Assembly (NCBI GenBank): GCA_046758505.1
Contig: JBHIAH010000021.1
Location: 1 to 36,394, forward strand
Origin: Candidatus Methylomirabilales bacterium
GTDB lineage: Bacteria > Methylomirabilota > Methylomirabilia > Methylomirabilales > CSP1-5
DNA length: 36,394 nucleotides
Direction of reading: 5' to 3'
Each line of letters begins with the position of its first letter. Position 1 is the stretch's first letter. Position numbers and translations under genes: made by a program. A model generated the notes under the pieces. It worked only from the letters and a program-made list of their open reading frames with translations, had not been told where the DNA came from and made no database searches. Shown in pieces: positions 18,298 to 28,129 of the stretch.

Positions 18298-21200
18298 ATG
18301 CCCACCGGGAAGTACACAGACCTCCTGAAATCGTTTGGGTTTCAAGCCTTTCTCTGGACCCAGTTCCTCGGGGCCTTCAACGACAACCTCTACAAGATCG
18401 TGGTCGCCATGCTCGCGGTGCACGTCGCCACCAGTGCCGGCGGCGGGAGTGGCTATCTCCCCCTCGCGGGGGCCGTCTTCATCCTCCCGTTTTTCCTCTT
18501 CTCCGGCTATGCGGGCCACGCGGCCGATGTCTTCAGCAAACGGTCCATCCTCGTCGCCACCAAGATCCTCGAGATCGTTGCCATGGGTCTGGGATTCTTC
18601 GCCCTTTTGTCCGGGCGCATCGATCTGATGCTGGGCATCCTGTTTCTCATGGCCTTGCAGTCCACGTTTTTCAGTCCGGCTAAATACGGCATCCTCCCCG
18701 AGATGCTGCCCGACAGGGACCTCTCCCGGGCCAACGGCCTCCTGGAGATGACCACCTTCCTCGCCATCATCCTGGGTACTTCGATCGGCAGTCTGCTGTT
18801 CGCTGCCTGGAACAACCGTCTGGAGTGGATCGGCCTCATCCTCGTCGGGATCGCCGTGGCCGGAACGGGCACCAGTCTGGGGATTTCCCGGGTCCCGCCA
18901 TCGGGCTCCCAAAAGCCCTTTCGCCTGAACCCCTGGGCCGAGATCGGCCAGGGTCTCACAAGGCTTTACCGTGACCGGATCCTCTGGCTCACGGTGGTGG
19001 GGATTTCTTACTTCTGGTTTTTGGGGGCCCTGATCCAGATGGACATCATCCTCCTGGGCAAAGAAGTCATGGGGCTGGACGACTTTTGGATCGGCATTCT
19101 CGGCGCCTTTCTGGCGATCGGGATCGGCGTCGGAAGCCTCGCGGCCGGGCGTCTGTCGGGGGACAAGGTGGAGCTCGGACTGGTCCCCCTAGGGTCCCTT
19201 GGCATGGGGGGCTTCTCGCTGCTGCTGGCCTTATCCGCCTCATCCTATCCTCAGACGGTGACGGCCCTGCTCCTCCTGGGATTCTCGGGTGGGCTCTTCA
19301 TTGTCCCCCTGAATGCGCTCCTGCAGCAAAAAAGCGGGCGGGAGGAGAAAGGCCGGTTGATCGCCACGGCCAATTTTCTTACGACCGGCGGGGTCCTGCT
19401 CGCCTCCGGAGTGCTCTGGACATTCCGCGACCTGCTGCAGATTCATGCGGACCGGATCATCCTGATCGTTGGACTCTTCACCCTTCTCGCGACGGCCACC
19501 ATTCTGCATGTCATCCCTGACTTCCTGATCCGGTGCATCCTGTGGATGCTCACCAACACCATCTACCGAATCCGGGTCGTGGGCGAGGAGCACGTCCCCT
19601 TTCGGGGGCCGGCGCTTCTGGTCTGCAACCACATCTCCCACGTTGATGGCCTCTTGGTCGGGGCGTGCGTCCAGCGGTTTATTCGCTTTCTGGTCTACCG
19701 ACCCTATTACGAACTTACGCCGCTCAACTGGCTCTTTCGCCGCATGAAGGCCATCCCGGTCGCAGGGGGGAATCGAAAGGACATGATGCAATCCCTCGCC
19801 CGGGCACGCGAGGAACTCCGTCAGGGCCACGTCGTCTGTATCTTTGCCGAGGGGGCGATCAGTCGGACGGGGAACCTCCTCCCCTTCAAGCGAGGTTTCG
19901 AGAGGATCGTTGAAGGGCTGGATGTCCCCGTTATCCCGGTTCACCTCGACCGCCTGTGGGGGAGTATCTTCAGCTTCAAGGATGGCAAGTTCTTCTGGAA
20001 GTGGCCCGAGCACATTCCCTATCGCGTCACCGTGTCATTTGGCCCCTCGTTACCCTCTACGGCCAGGGCCGAGGAGGTCCGACAGGCGATCATGGAATTA
20101 GGCAGTGCAGCGGTGGATCACCGGCGGACTCCACGGGATCTGCTCCACCTCCGGTTTCTGAGGACTGCCAAACGGCGATGGTTTTCCTTTGCGATGGCCG
20201 ACTCCAGCGGCACCGAGCTCTCCTTCGGAAGGGCGCTCGTCAGCAGTCTGCTACTCGGTCGTTGGGCCCGGAAACACGCTGCCGAAGAGCGGATGGTGGG
20301 CATCCTGCTCCCCCCATCGGCGGCGGGGGCCCTGGCAAACATCGCGGTGCTGATGGCCAGGAAGGTCCCGGTCAACCTGAATTTCACGGCGGGACGCGAG
20401 GCGATGACCGCCGCCATCCGGCAGTGCCGCATCCGGACGATCGTGACGTCCCGGATCTTTCTGGCGAAAGCGAAACTTGAGGAGATGGAGGGGATGGTCT
20501 TCCTCGAAGAGGTGTTGCGAGGCACCCCGTCCTGGCAGAAAGTCCAAGCCACCCTTGTGGCGCTCTGCCTGCCTTCCTGGCTGCTTGAGCGCCTCTGCCA
20601 CGATGGAGAGCGCTCAGCCGACGCCCTCGCCACCGTCATCTTCACGAGCGGGAGCACCGGCGTCCCCAAGGGGGTGATGCTCTCTCACCACAACATCCTC
20701 TCAAATGTCGAGGGGTTGGCCCAGGTCTTCTGGGTCACAAAGAACGACCGTCTCATGGGGGTCTTGCCCTTCTTCCACTCCTTCGGATTCACCGGCAGCC
20801 TCTGGCTTCCCCTCCTCTCCGGCTTTGGCGTGGTCTATCACGCGAACCCCTTAGATGCCAAGACCGTTGGAGACATGGTGTCCAAACACCACGCGACCAT
20901 CTTGATGGCGACCCCCACCTTTTACGCGGCCTATCTCCGGAAATGCTCCGCCGAGGAGTTTACCTCACTCCGGCACGCCATCGCCGGTGCCGAGAAGCTA
21001 CATGAACCGCTGGCACAGGCCTTCCAAGCGAAGTTCGGTTTGGACCTCCTGGAGGGCTACGGGTGCACGGAACTGGCGCCGGTCGTCTCCGTCAACATCC
21101 CGAATGTGGTGCAGGGGGCCCACCGCCAAGCCGGCTTCAAGCCGGGAACGGTCGGGCATCCCATTCCGGGGGTCACCGTGAAGGTGGTGGATCCAGGCTC

Positions 21201-21699
21201 AGGCGAGGGTCTCGTCTCTGGGGAAGCGGGGCTGCTGCTCGTCAGAGGTCCGAACCGGATGCTCGGCTATCTGGGGGATCCCGAAAAAACGGCGGCGGTC
21301 CTGCGAGATGACTGGTACGTCACCGGCGACATCGCTTCTATCGATGAGGAGGGCTTTATTCACATGACAGACCGCCTCTCGCGGTTCAGCAAAATCGGAG
21401 GCGAAATGGTCCCCCACATCAGGGTGGAGGAGGCGATTCACATGATTCTGGGGGATGATGGCTCCGTGGTCACCGCCATTCCGGATGAGCACAAAGGCGA
21501 ACGCCTGGTGGTCCTCTATACCCACACGGAGGTCGCCCCGGCGGAGCTTTGGCAGAAGGTGTGTCAGACAGCCCTCCCCATGCTCTGGATCCCCAAGCGC
21601 GAGAATTTCTACCACGTTGAGGCCATTCCCATGCTCGGCACGGGAAAGGTGGACCTGGGACGAGCAAAGATGATGGCCGTGGACAGGGCGGGCGGATAG
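18298..21699 (+). CDS. aas: MFS (LplT-like) lysophospholipid transporter fused to acyl-ACP--phospholipid O-acyltransferase and acyl-ACP synthetase
   Basis: TQFLGAFNDN and SPAKYGILPE (MFS), NHISHVD and FAEG (acyltransferase), FTSGSTGVPKG, EGYGCTE, TGD, RFSKIGGEMV (AMP-binding). Confidence 0.93.
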   Translation: MPTGKYTDLLKSFGFQAFLWTQFLGAFNDNLYKIVVAMLAVHVATSAGGGSGYLPLAGAVFILPFFLFSGYAGHAADVFSKRSILVATKILEIVAMGLGFFALLSGRIDLMLGILFLMALQSTFFSPAKYGILPEMLPDRDLSRANGLLEMTTFLAIILGTSIGSLLFAAWNNRLEWIGLILVGIAVAGTGTSLGISRVPPSGSQKPFRLNPWAEIGQGLTRLYRDRILWLTVVGISYFWFLGALIQMDIILLGKEVMGLDDFWIGILGAFLAIGIGVGSLAAGRLSGDKVELGLVPLGSLGMGGFSLLLALSASSYPQTVTALLLLGFSGGLFIVPLNALLQQKSGREEKGRLIATANFLTTGGVLLASGVLWTFRDLLQIHADRIILIVGLFTLLATATILHVIPDFLIRCILWMLTNTIYRIRVVGEEHVPFRGPALLVCNHISHVDGLLVGACVQRFIRFLVYRPYYELTPLNWLFRRMKAIPVAGGNRKDMMQSLARAREELRQGHVVCIFAEGAISRTGNLLPFKRGFERIVEGLDVPVIPVHLDRLWGSIFSFKDGKFFWKWPEHIPYRVTVSFGPSLPSTARAEEVRQAIMELGSAAVDHRRTPRDLLHLRFLRTAKRRWFSFAMADSSGTELSFGRALVSSLLLGRWARKHAAEERMVGILLPPSAAGALANIAVLMARKVPVNLNFTAGREAMTAAIRQCRIRTIVTSRIFLAKAKLEEMEGMVFLEEVLRGTPSWQKVQATLVALCLPSWLLERLCHDGERSADALATVIFTSGSTGVPKGVMLSHHNILSNVEGLAQVFWVTKNDRLMGVLPFFHSFGFTGSLWLPLLSGFGVVYHANPLDAKTVGDMVSKHHATILMATPTFYAAYLRKCSAEEFTSLRHAIAGAEKLHEPLAQAFQAKFGLDLLEGYGCTELAPVVSVNIPNVVQGAHRQAGFKPGTVGHPIPGVTVKVVDPGSGEGLVSGEAGLLLVRGPNRMLGYLGDPEKTAAVLRDDWYVTGDIASIDEEGFIHMTDRLSRFSKIGGEMVPHIRVEEAIHMILGDDGSVVTAIPDEHKGERLVVLYTHTEVAPAELWQKVCQTALPMLWIPKRENFYHVEAIPMLGTGKVDLGRAKMMAVDRAGG

Positions 21700-21722
21700 T
21701 CCCGCCGATGGCCCGCGTGATC

Positions 21723-22013
21723 CTATAGGGCTTTGAGAATCCTGCTGACCTCCCGTTCGGTATACGCCCGGAGCGTCTCGGTTCGGAGGTTGCCCAGGGA
21801 GCCGGCTGCCAAGAGCAGACGGCTTGTGGTCGTGTCGTCGGGGGCATCGATGATCGTAACGACGTCGTACCGGCCCATCGTCCAGTAGATCTCCTTGACG
21901 GTCACTCCCATCTTTTTCGCAAGAGCCCGAAACGCCTCGGCGCGCTTGGTGGTTTTCTTCACGTTCCGAATCCCCTGGTCCGTATAGTTGCCCAGAATCA
22001 CATAGGTCGCCAT
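21723..22013 (-). CDS. GYD domain-containing protein
   Basis: YTDQG...YWTMGRYDVV...GNLRTETLRA; ATG at 22013 with GGAGG RBS. Confidence 0.9.
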   Translation of the reverse strand: MATYVILGNYTDQGIRNVKKTTKRAEAFRALAKKMGVTVKEIYWTMGRYDVVTIIDAPDDTTTSRLLLAAGSLGNLRTETLRAYTEREVSRILKAL

Positions 22014-22243
22014 CGCACTTCCTCCGCGTGGTCGTGACGGTTCGAATGATCCCGGGAGCCGAAACAGGCGCGAGACTATGCCAGAAATCGCACGGATGTC
22101 TGTCCCAAAGATCCGGGATCGATTGTAGCCGGATTCCACCGGATCGAATAGTCTTTTGTCGCGGAGGAGCGATCGGGGGACGGGTTTCACTTGACTCACC
22201 CAAGCTTCAGACGGTAGGGTGTGGGCCGTCCGGGAGAACTACC

Positions 22244-23113
22244 GTGACCACATTTGTCAAAGCCCATGGGCTGGGGAACGACTACATCGTCCTGAACGAG
22301 GCTGACCTCGATTTTCGCTTGACGCCGGAGGCGATCCGCCTCCTGTGCCGCCGACACGTCGGCGTCGGCTCGGACGGCGTTCTGGCTCTGGTCAAGTCCC
22401 GGACCGCGCCCTTCGGCCTCCGGATCTTCAATCCCGATGGGAGCGAGGCGGAGAAGAGCGGGAACGGGATCCGCATCTTCGCCAAGTATCTCTTCGAGCA
22501 CGGCCACACCCGCGAGAAGGCCTTTGCTATTGAGACCAAAGGGGGGCTCGTGCAGGTGAGGCTCGACGGAGAGGGGGATCGCGTCGCGCTGGTGACGGTC
22601 GAGATGGGACGGGCCACCTTCCGCAGCGCTGAGATCCCCGTCACGGGGGAGGATCGCGAGGTCGTGAACGAGGAGCTGAGCGTCAGCGGGGAACCCGTCC
22701 GGTTCACCGCGGTCTCGGTGGGCAATCCTCATTGCGTGATTCTCGCCGAGCACCTCGACCCGGAAGAGGTCCGACGGCTTGGACCCGAGATCGAGCACCA
22801 TCCCCTGTTTCCCCACCGGGCGAACGTCCAGTTCGCCAGGGTGGCTTCCCGGGATCGGGTCGCCATCCTGATCTGGGAGCGCGGCGCCGGGTACACGCTG
22901 GCCTCCGGGTCGAGCGCGTGCGCGGTCGCAGCGGCCTGCCGTCGACTCGGCCTCGTGAATGACCGGGTGACCATCCAGATGCCGGGCGGGGAACTTCTTA
23001 TTACGATCATGGCAGACGGGGGGATTACGATGCGAGGGCCGGTGGCCGAGGCGTATACCGGCACCCTGAGCCCCGATCTCATTGAAGAGATCAGAAAGGC
23101 GAGTTCTGTCTGA
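22244..23113 (+). CDS. dapF: diaminopimelate epimerase family protein (Ser/Ser catalytic variant)
   Basis: KAHGLGNDY, GVGSDG, FNPDGSEAEKSGNG, GNPHCV, WERGAGYTLASGSS; GTG start at 22244. Confidence 0.88.
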   Translation: MTTFVKAHGLGNDYIVLNEADLDFRLTPEAIRLLCRRHVGVGSDGVLALVKSRTAPFGLRIFNPDGSEAEKSGNGIRIFAKYLFEHGHTREKAFAIETKGGLVQVRLDGEGDRVALVTVEMGRATFRSAEIPVTGEDREVVNEELSVSGEPVRFTAVSVGNPHCVILAEHLDPEEVRRLGPEIEHHPLFPHRANVQFARVASRDRVAILIWERGAGYTLASGSSACAVAAACRRLGLVNDRVTIQMPGGELLITIMADGGITMRGPVAEAYTGTLSPDLIEEIRKASSV

Positions 23114-23137
23114 GAAAATCGGGCCGCAGTCGAGAGA

Positions 23138-23653
23138 TTAGGCCGTCTCTCCACGAATCATCTGGCCGGCCTTCTCCACCGTTTCTCTTTCGCTTCGGTA
23201 ACTGAGGCGCGTCAGGGCGTCTTTCAGCGGGACCCACCGGACCTCTTCCACTTCGAAGTCGTGCCGGTCCATGTCCCCCCCCATGTGCTCAATAAGGTAA
23301 AAGTGGACCCGCTTGTGGATCCGCTGTCTTGCCTCCCGGTCCACAAACCAGTACTCGATCTCCCCGACCTTCCCCACACACCGACCGGTCAGACCGGTCT
23401 CTTCCCGGACCTCCCGCACGGCCGTTTCCTCGGGAGCCTCACCGTGCTCCACGAGGCCTTTGGGCAGGGCCCAGACAGTCCCGGCTTTCAGGCCGATCAG
23501 CGCGATTTCTAATCCCTCGGGACCCTGACGGTAGATCACTCCACCGGAAGAGACCTGGTGACGAATCGGCAGCCTCGCCGGGCCGGTCCTTGTCCGCTTC
23601 CGCGCGACGTCGGACTTCGAACCTCGAACCTTGGACACATCTCCTCTCTGCAA
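23138..23653 (-). CDS. NUDIX hydrolase
   Basis: Nudix box GLVEHGEAPEETAVREVREETG; start uncertain. Confidence 0.92.
   Translation of the reverse strand: MQRGDVSKVRGSKSDVARKRTRTGPARLPIRHQVSSGGVIYRQGPEGLEIALIGLKAGTVWALPKGLVEHGEAPEETAVREVREETGLTGRCVGKVGEIEYWFVDREARQRIHKRVHFYLIEHMGGDMDRHDFEVEEVRWVPLKDALTRLSYRSERETVEKAGQMIRGETA
23609..23636 (+). repeat. heptamer tandem array within or just before the NUDIX 5' end
   Basis: GTCGGAC TTCGAAC CTCGAAC CTTGGAC. Confidence 0.6.
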
Positions 23654-23702
23654 GCCAGGGACCGGCCCAAAAGAAGAACCGGGCCTGCGGTACCCGCGAG
23701 GT

Positions 23703-25376
23703 TTAACCGGTCACGGCCCCGTCAGAGGCCGAAGAGACCAGCCGAGCGTATTTCGCCATGACGCCACTGGTGTATCGCGGCTTCGGCGGCTTCCACTTCG
23801 CTAACCGCCGCTTGATCTCTGCAGCGGAAAGCTCCAGGTCCAACCGACGCTTCTTGACGTCGATGACGATCGTGTCCCCGTTCTTGACGGCCGCGATGGG
23901 CCCGCCAACGGCCGCCTCGGGGGCCACGTGCCCCACCATAAAGCCCCAGGTGCCCCCGGAGAAGCGGCCATCGGTCATCAGGGCGACGGATTCCCCGAGG
24001 CCCGCACCGACGATCGCCCCGGTCACCGCCAGCATCTCCCGCATCCCCGGCCCTCCCTTGGGCCCCTCGTAGCGGATCACGATGACGTCGCCCGGCTTGA
24101 TGCGGCCCTGCTTGACCGCCTTGAAGGCGTCCTCCTCCCGGTCGTACACCCGCGCCGGGCCCCGGTGGACCGTCCGCTCGTGCCCGGCGAGCTTGATCAC
24201 GCATCCCTCAGGCGCCAGATTCCCCCTCAGGATGGCCATGCCGCCGGCAGATTTCAAGGGATGTGCGAGGGGGCGAATGACCTCCTGCCCCGGGCGTTCC
24301 TGCCCGGCCCGCGCCTCCTCCCCGATGGTCCGCCCGGTCACCGTCATCGCCTCCGCATTGAGAATCCCCGCGTCCAAGAGCCGCCGTGCCACGACCGCCA
24401 TCCCGCCGGCGCGATACATCTCGGGGGCGGTGAACCGCCCCCACGGCTTGAGATCGGCCAGCACCGGCGTCTTGCGCGAGACCTTGTCGAAGTCATCAAT
24501 GGCAAGGCGAACGCCAGCCTCCCGGGCCAGCGCGAGCAGATGTAACACCGAATTCGTAGACCCCCCGGTGGCCGCGACGCCCGCGATCGCATTCTGCAGC
24601 GCCTTGCGGGTAATGATCTGCCGTGGGGTGATCCCCCGTCGAAGCAGGTCCATCACCAGTCCGCCACACTCGAAGGCGATCTCATCCTTGCGGGAATCCA
24701 TGGCGGGGACGTCCCCGAAGCCCATCGGAGAGATGCCGAGCATCTCGAAGGCGGTGGCCATGGTGTTTGCCGTGAACTGGCCGCCGCACGCCCCCGCACC
24801 GGGACAGGCGCGGTTCTCGATGGCACGGAACTCCTCGGCCGAAATTTTCCCCGCGTTGAAGGCCCCGACGGCCTCGAAGACATCCACAATCGTGAGGTGA
24901 CGGCCCTCGTGTTCGCCGTACATAATCGAGCCCCCGTACAGCATGAGAGCCGGCACGTTGACGCGGGTGAGGGCCATCACCGTCCCGGGGATCGTCTTGT
25001 CGCAGCCGGACAGGGCGACGATGGCATCGAAGAAATTGCCGCGCCCGACCAGTTCGATGGAGTCGGCAATGACCTCGCGGCTGACGAGGGACATCTTCAT
25101 CCCCTCGCAGCCCATGGTGATCCCGTCCGAGATCGAGATCGTGTTGAACTCCAGAGGCGTCCCGCCGGCCGCGCGAATGCCTTCTTTCACCTTAGCCGCC
25201 AGGCGGCGGAGGTGGTAGTTACACGGCCCGATCTCGATCCACGTGTTGGCCACCCCCACCAAGGGCCGCGCCAGGTCTGCATCCTTGAAGCCGACCGCCT
25301 TGAGCATCGCCCGTGCCGGTGCGCGGTCTGGCCCCTCCGTGATAGTACGGCTCTGGCCTTTCGGATCCCACGTCAT
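23703..25376 (-). CDS. ilvD: dihydroxy-acid dehydratase
   Basis: GPCNYHL, SDGITMG, GCDKTIPG, GACGGQFTANTM, GGSTN, GPKGGPGMREM, TDGRFSG; ATG at 25376. Confidence 0.96.
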   Translation of the reverse strand: MTWDPKGQSRTITEGPDRAPARAMLKAVGFKDADLARPLVGVANTWIEIGPCNYHLRRLAAKVKEGIRAAGGTPLEFNTISISDGITMGCEGMKMSLVSREVIADSIELVGRGNFFDAIVALSGCDKTIPGTVMALTRVNVPALMLYGGSIMYGEHEGRHLTIVDVFEAVGAFNAGKISAEEFRAIENRACPGAGACGGQFTANTMATAFEMLGISPMGFGDVPAMDSRKDEIAFECGGLVMDLLRRGITPRQIITRKALQNAIAGVAATGGSTNSVLHLLALAREAGVRLAIDDFDKVSRKTPVLADLKPWGRFTAPEMYRAGGMAVVARRLLDAGILNAEAMTVTGRTIGEEARAGQERPGQEVIRPLAHPLKSAGGMAILRGNLAPEGCVIKLAGHERTVHRGPARVYDREEDAFKAVKQGRIKPGDVIVIRYEGPKGGPGMREMLAVTGAIVGAGLGESVALMTDGRFSGGTWGFMVGHVAPEAAVGGPIAAVKNGDTIVIDVKKRRLDLELSAAEIKRRLAKWKPPKPRYTSGVMAKYARLVSSASDGAVTG

Positions 25377-25569
25377 GGCATACCCCTCCCTGTATTCTTC
25401 CTGCCGACAAGACCGAAAATTCGATTGATGAAACGGACGAAGCACAAACGGCGCCAGTATAGCGGATTACAGCCGGCTGGTAAAGCTTGGGCAGCGGACT
25501 GCCATTAGCGGGTCACTTTCAACATGGGCACCACCGACCAGTCAAGGCGGTGGGTCTCCATCCAACAAG

Positions 25570-25704
25570 CGCCGCACCGAACGACATGATGGATTCGTTA
25601 CGATTGGGCGAGCGAGGCGAGCCATGTTCCGATGCTATTGTTTTGCCGACGCTAACCTCAAGCCCAATCGATGTATACTGTCCCCTTCAATATCCCCTTC
25701 AATA
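25570..25704 (-). pseudogene. probable degenerate 5' end of a REP-associated (RAYT, IS200-like Y1) transposase with its upstream motif
   Basis: ATG at 25625 gives MARLARPIVTN, and a frameshift gives HHVV, resembling MARLAR....PHHVxQRG N-termini; upstream GGGGACAGTATAC motif and a 12-bp tandem duplication. Confidence 0.45.
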
Positions 25705-25800
25705 CTCCCGACAAAGGCTTCAAATAGCAAATCGCAACCCCGCCCACCCTTGCTGAAACAGCCTGTACCTCATCCCCCGCCCTTTCCGGGGTCGGGACGG

Positions 25801-26001
25801 CTACTCGGTCATCTGGAACTCGACCTTGTGCGCATCCGTCACCCGCTTCGAGGCATCGAGGATTTCCAGCGAAACCAGATTCCCTTCCCCGTCGTAGTCC
25901 AGAATGATCCCCGGCTTGTCCTCGTCGCTCTCGGCAACAGGCGTGGCGTCCTTGAGAATGACGCTGAGCGTGTCCGTTTTGGGATCAAAGGTCACCTTCA
26001 T
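25801..26001 (-). CDS. DUF2283 domain protein (putative antitoxin-like)
   Basis: MKVTFDPKTDTLSV...ILDYDGEGNLVSLEILDAS; 66 aa; ATGA overlap with the upstream gene. Confidence 0.9.
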   Translation of the reverse strand: MKVTFDPKTDTLSVILKDATPVAESDEDKPGIILDYDGEGNLVSLEILDASKRVTDAHKVEFQMTE

Positions 26002-26282
26002 GCTTCTCCCCTCCAGTACTTAGCAATCTTGCTCGTGCGGTAGACCGTTACGACCTCTGCAGGATGCCGATCTACATCGACAAAGACCCGCACGAGATAC
26101 GTCCGTTTCGGTGCGTCCAGCGAGACCCGCGACTGCAAAATAACTCGACCAGGGCCAATTTCCAGCCACTGCTCTGGAGCGGCAAGAATGGCACGAACCG
26201 TTTTCTCACCGAGGCCACGCCGCTGCATCTCGAACCTCGCATGAGGGGTGATCACGTAGTCCGCTAACGGCGGCGGCCGCAT
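25998..26282 (-). CDS. DUF4258 domain protein (putative RelE-like toxin)
   Basis: ITPHARFEMQRRG...LVRVFVD...VVTVYRTSKIAKYW; translationally coupled to DUF2283. Confidence 0.85.
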   Translation of the reverse strand: MRPPPLADYVITPHARFEMQRRGLGEKTVRAILAAPEQWLEIGPGRVILQSRVSLDAPKRTYLVRVFVDVDRHPAEVVTVYRTSKIAKYWRGEA

Positions 26283-26516
26283 CAGACCTTCTTTAGCTCA
26301 TGTCAGCTATCGACACGTAGGCGCCTTCCTCGTCCTCGAGCCACTATAGGATACACAAGACGCAAGGAATTAGCTAGTTTTGGGATTCCAGGAGAGCAGC
26401 TGGTCCCAGGGAGACGAGCGGAGGGTCCAACCCTCGGCGGTTAAGGAGGCGGAGGGCGACGGCGGTCATCTCATCCCCGGTCGGTTTTGTCCACGGGATG
26501 GCGGGCGCACGAGGGG

Positions 26517-26601
26517 AATGTCAAGATTCAAGACCTGACCCTCAAGATTGTGCTCAAGATTGTGTGTCCGTCAAACCGGGGCAAGTTCCGCCTGACCCTC
26601 A
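26517..26601 (+). repeat. REP-like motif with adjacent tandem duplication
   Basis: AATGTCAAGATTCAAGACCTGACCC (26517-26541), CTCAAGATTGTG twice (26541-26564), CCTGACCCTCA at 26534 and 26591. Confidence 0.6.
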
Positions 26602-27188
26602 GCCGTCCATATGAAGTGCGAGCGTCCGCGCGTACGGCGCATGAATCGACAGCGCGTCCCCCGGCTGCCCTCGTGCAAGCATAGCCTCCGGGGCTCTGGG
26701 TCAGGATAGGGAGCCGGGGATCCACTGTTACGATGTGTGGCATTGGCCACGAAGAGAAGGCTGATGATCCTTTCTTCGGCTCCGTGCGATGCCCTCTTGA
26801 GGACTCTACACTTTGGGGTTGACGCCGTTTTTCAGAGAAGGCTTGCTATTTGCTATTTGGGACACGCAGCGATCGAACCGGCGTACGCATAGTCCCTCGC
26901 CCCCCTCCGGCAACCTCGATGGCACCCAAAGCAAGACAGTTCTGTCTCATTCTCCGTAGGCCCAACGATTTTCACATCTCCCCCAAAGGACGAGAGGGAG
27001 CAATAGGATGGGGTCGCTGGAGTGGATGGGAGCACTGATCGTCGTCGGTGTTGTCTCGTTCCTCAGGTGGTGTTTCGACCTCATCGGCCTCCCACGTAGA
27101 GGGGACACGTGGTGGCTCGATAGGCTCCGTAAGAGGCGCACGAAGGGAGAACCGACGGCGCAGAACGAGAAGTGAAAGGAGGCAAGGC

Positions 27189-28121
27189 TCACGGGCGCAA
27201 GCCGGAGAGTTCTTGCAGGGTGTCGCGATAGATTTCCGTGCCCTCCGGAGCGAGCCGCACGGCCTCTTCGGCCGCCTGGAGGGCTTCGTCGTGTTGGCCC
27301 TGCGCCGCCAGGGCGTAGGCGAGGTTGTTCCACGCAGCGGGCGCCTTCGGCCGACGCCGGATCGCCTCTCGGAAGGCTCGCGCAGCCTCGGAGAAGTCCT
27401 TTTGCGCATAGAAGGCGTTGGCCAAGCCCATCCACGCGGGGAAGCTTTCGCGCCAGCGTGCCAAGATGGCCCCATAGGCGCTGGCGGCCTCTCGGTGGCG
27501 TCCGGTACGCTCCAGACCCACCGCGGCATCAAGCACCGATCGTTCGTCCCCCGTCGCCGGTAGACGCACCGGCGGGAGCACCACGAGACCCCAATAGTCG
27601 CCGCGCTCCCAGGTGCGCTCGAATGCGTACAGATCGGTGACGAGCCGGACTTCCGTGCCGGAGCGCAAAACGATTTCCCGCTTCTCGAGGTCGTAGCCGT
27701 ACGCGACGGCGTAGTGCCACTGGGGGAACCAATTCAGGGCCAGATTTTGGAAGACGACCACGGGGTTGCCTGCGGCGATCTCCGCCAGCAGCGACCGGAC
27801 GTCGCTGACCTGGACCGCCAGTCGGCCGCGGCGCCGTGCCGCGGCCACCATGTCGTTCCGCAGGGTGCCGTGACGCGACGGCGTATAGACCTCCGGGACC
27901 AACGCATCCTGTGTAACAGGTTCACCCGACCACGTCATCACCATCGCGAGCGCCGCCGGCCCGCAATAGTATCTCTGCTGCGGGTAGAACGGCACACCCG
28001 CGACCTCAGCCTGTCGTGGGAGGTCCCCGCCCTTCGCCAAGAGCCTCGACGTCTGCGGCGTCGCGCACGCTCCCAACACACTGACGAGCAGAAGACCGCA
28101 AAGCGGACGGAGGGGTCGCAT
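27189..28121 (-). CDS. PA2778 family (C39-like) cysteine peptidase lipoprotein with C-terminal TPR
   Basis: Lipobox VLGAC, QQRYYCGPAALAM (catalytic Cys), WHYAVAYGYD (His/Asp), TPR AWNNLAYAL; ATG at 28121. Confidence 0.9.
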   Translation of the reverse strand: MRPLRPLCGLLLVSVLGACATPQTSRLLAKGGDLPRQAEVAGVPFYPQQRYYCGPAALAMVMTWSGEPVTQDALVPEVYTPSRHGTLRNDMVAAARRRGRLAVQVSDVRSLLAEIAAGNPVVVFQNLALNWFPQWHYAVAYGYDLEKREIVLRSGTEVRLVTDLYAFERTWERGDYWGLVVLPPVRLPATGDERSVLDAAVGLERTGRHREAASAYGAILARWRESFPAWMGLANAFYAQKDFSEAARAFREAIRRRPKAPAAWNNLAYALAAQGQHDEALQAAEEAVRLAPEGTEIYRDTLQELSGLRP

Positions 28122-28129
28122 TGTGTGTG

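Noticed and set aside
26290..26345. Minus-strand fragment WLEDEEGAYVSIADMS* upstream of DUF4258
   Set aside because: May be the tail of a lost gene, but it has no start and is too short to assign.
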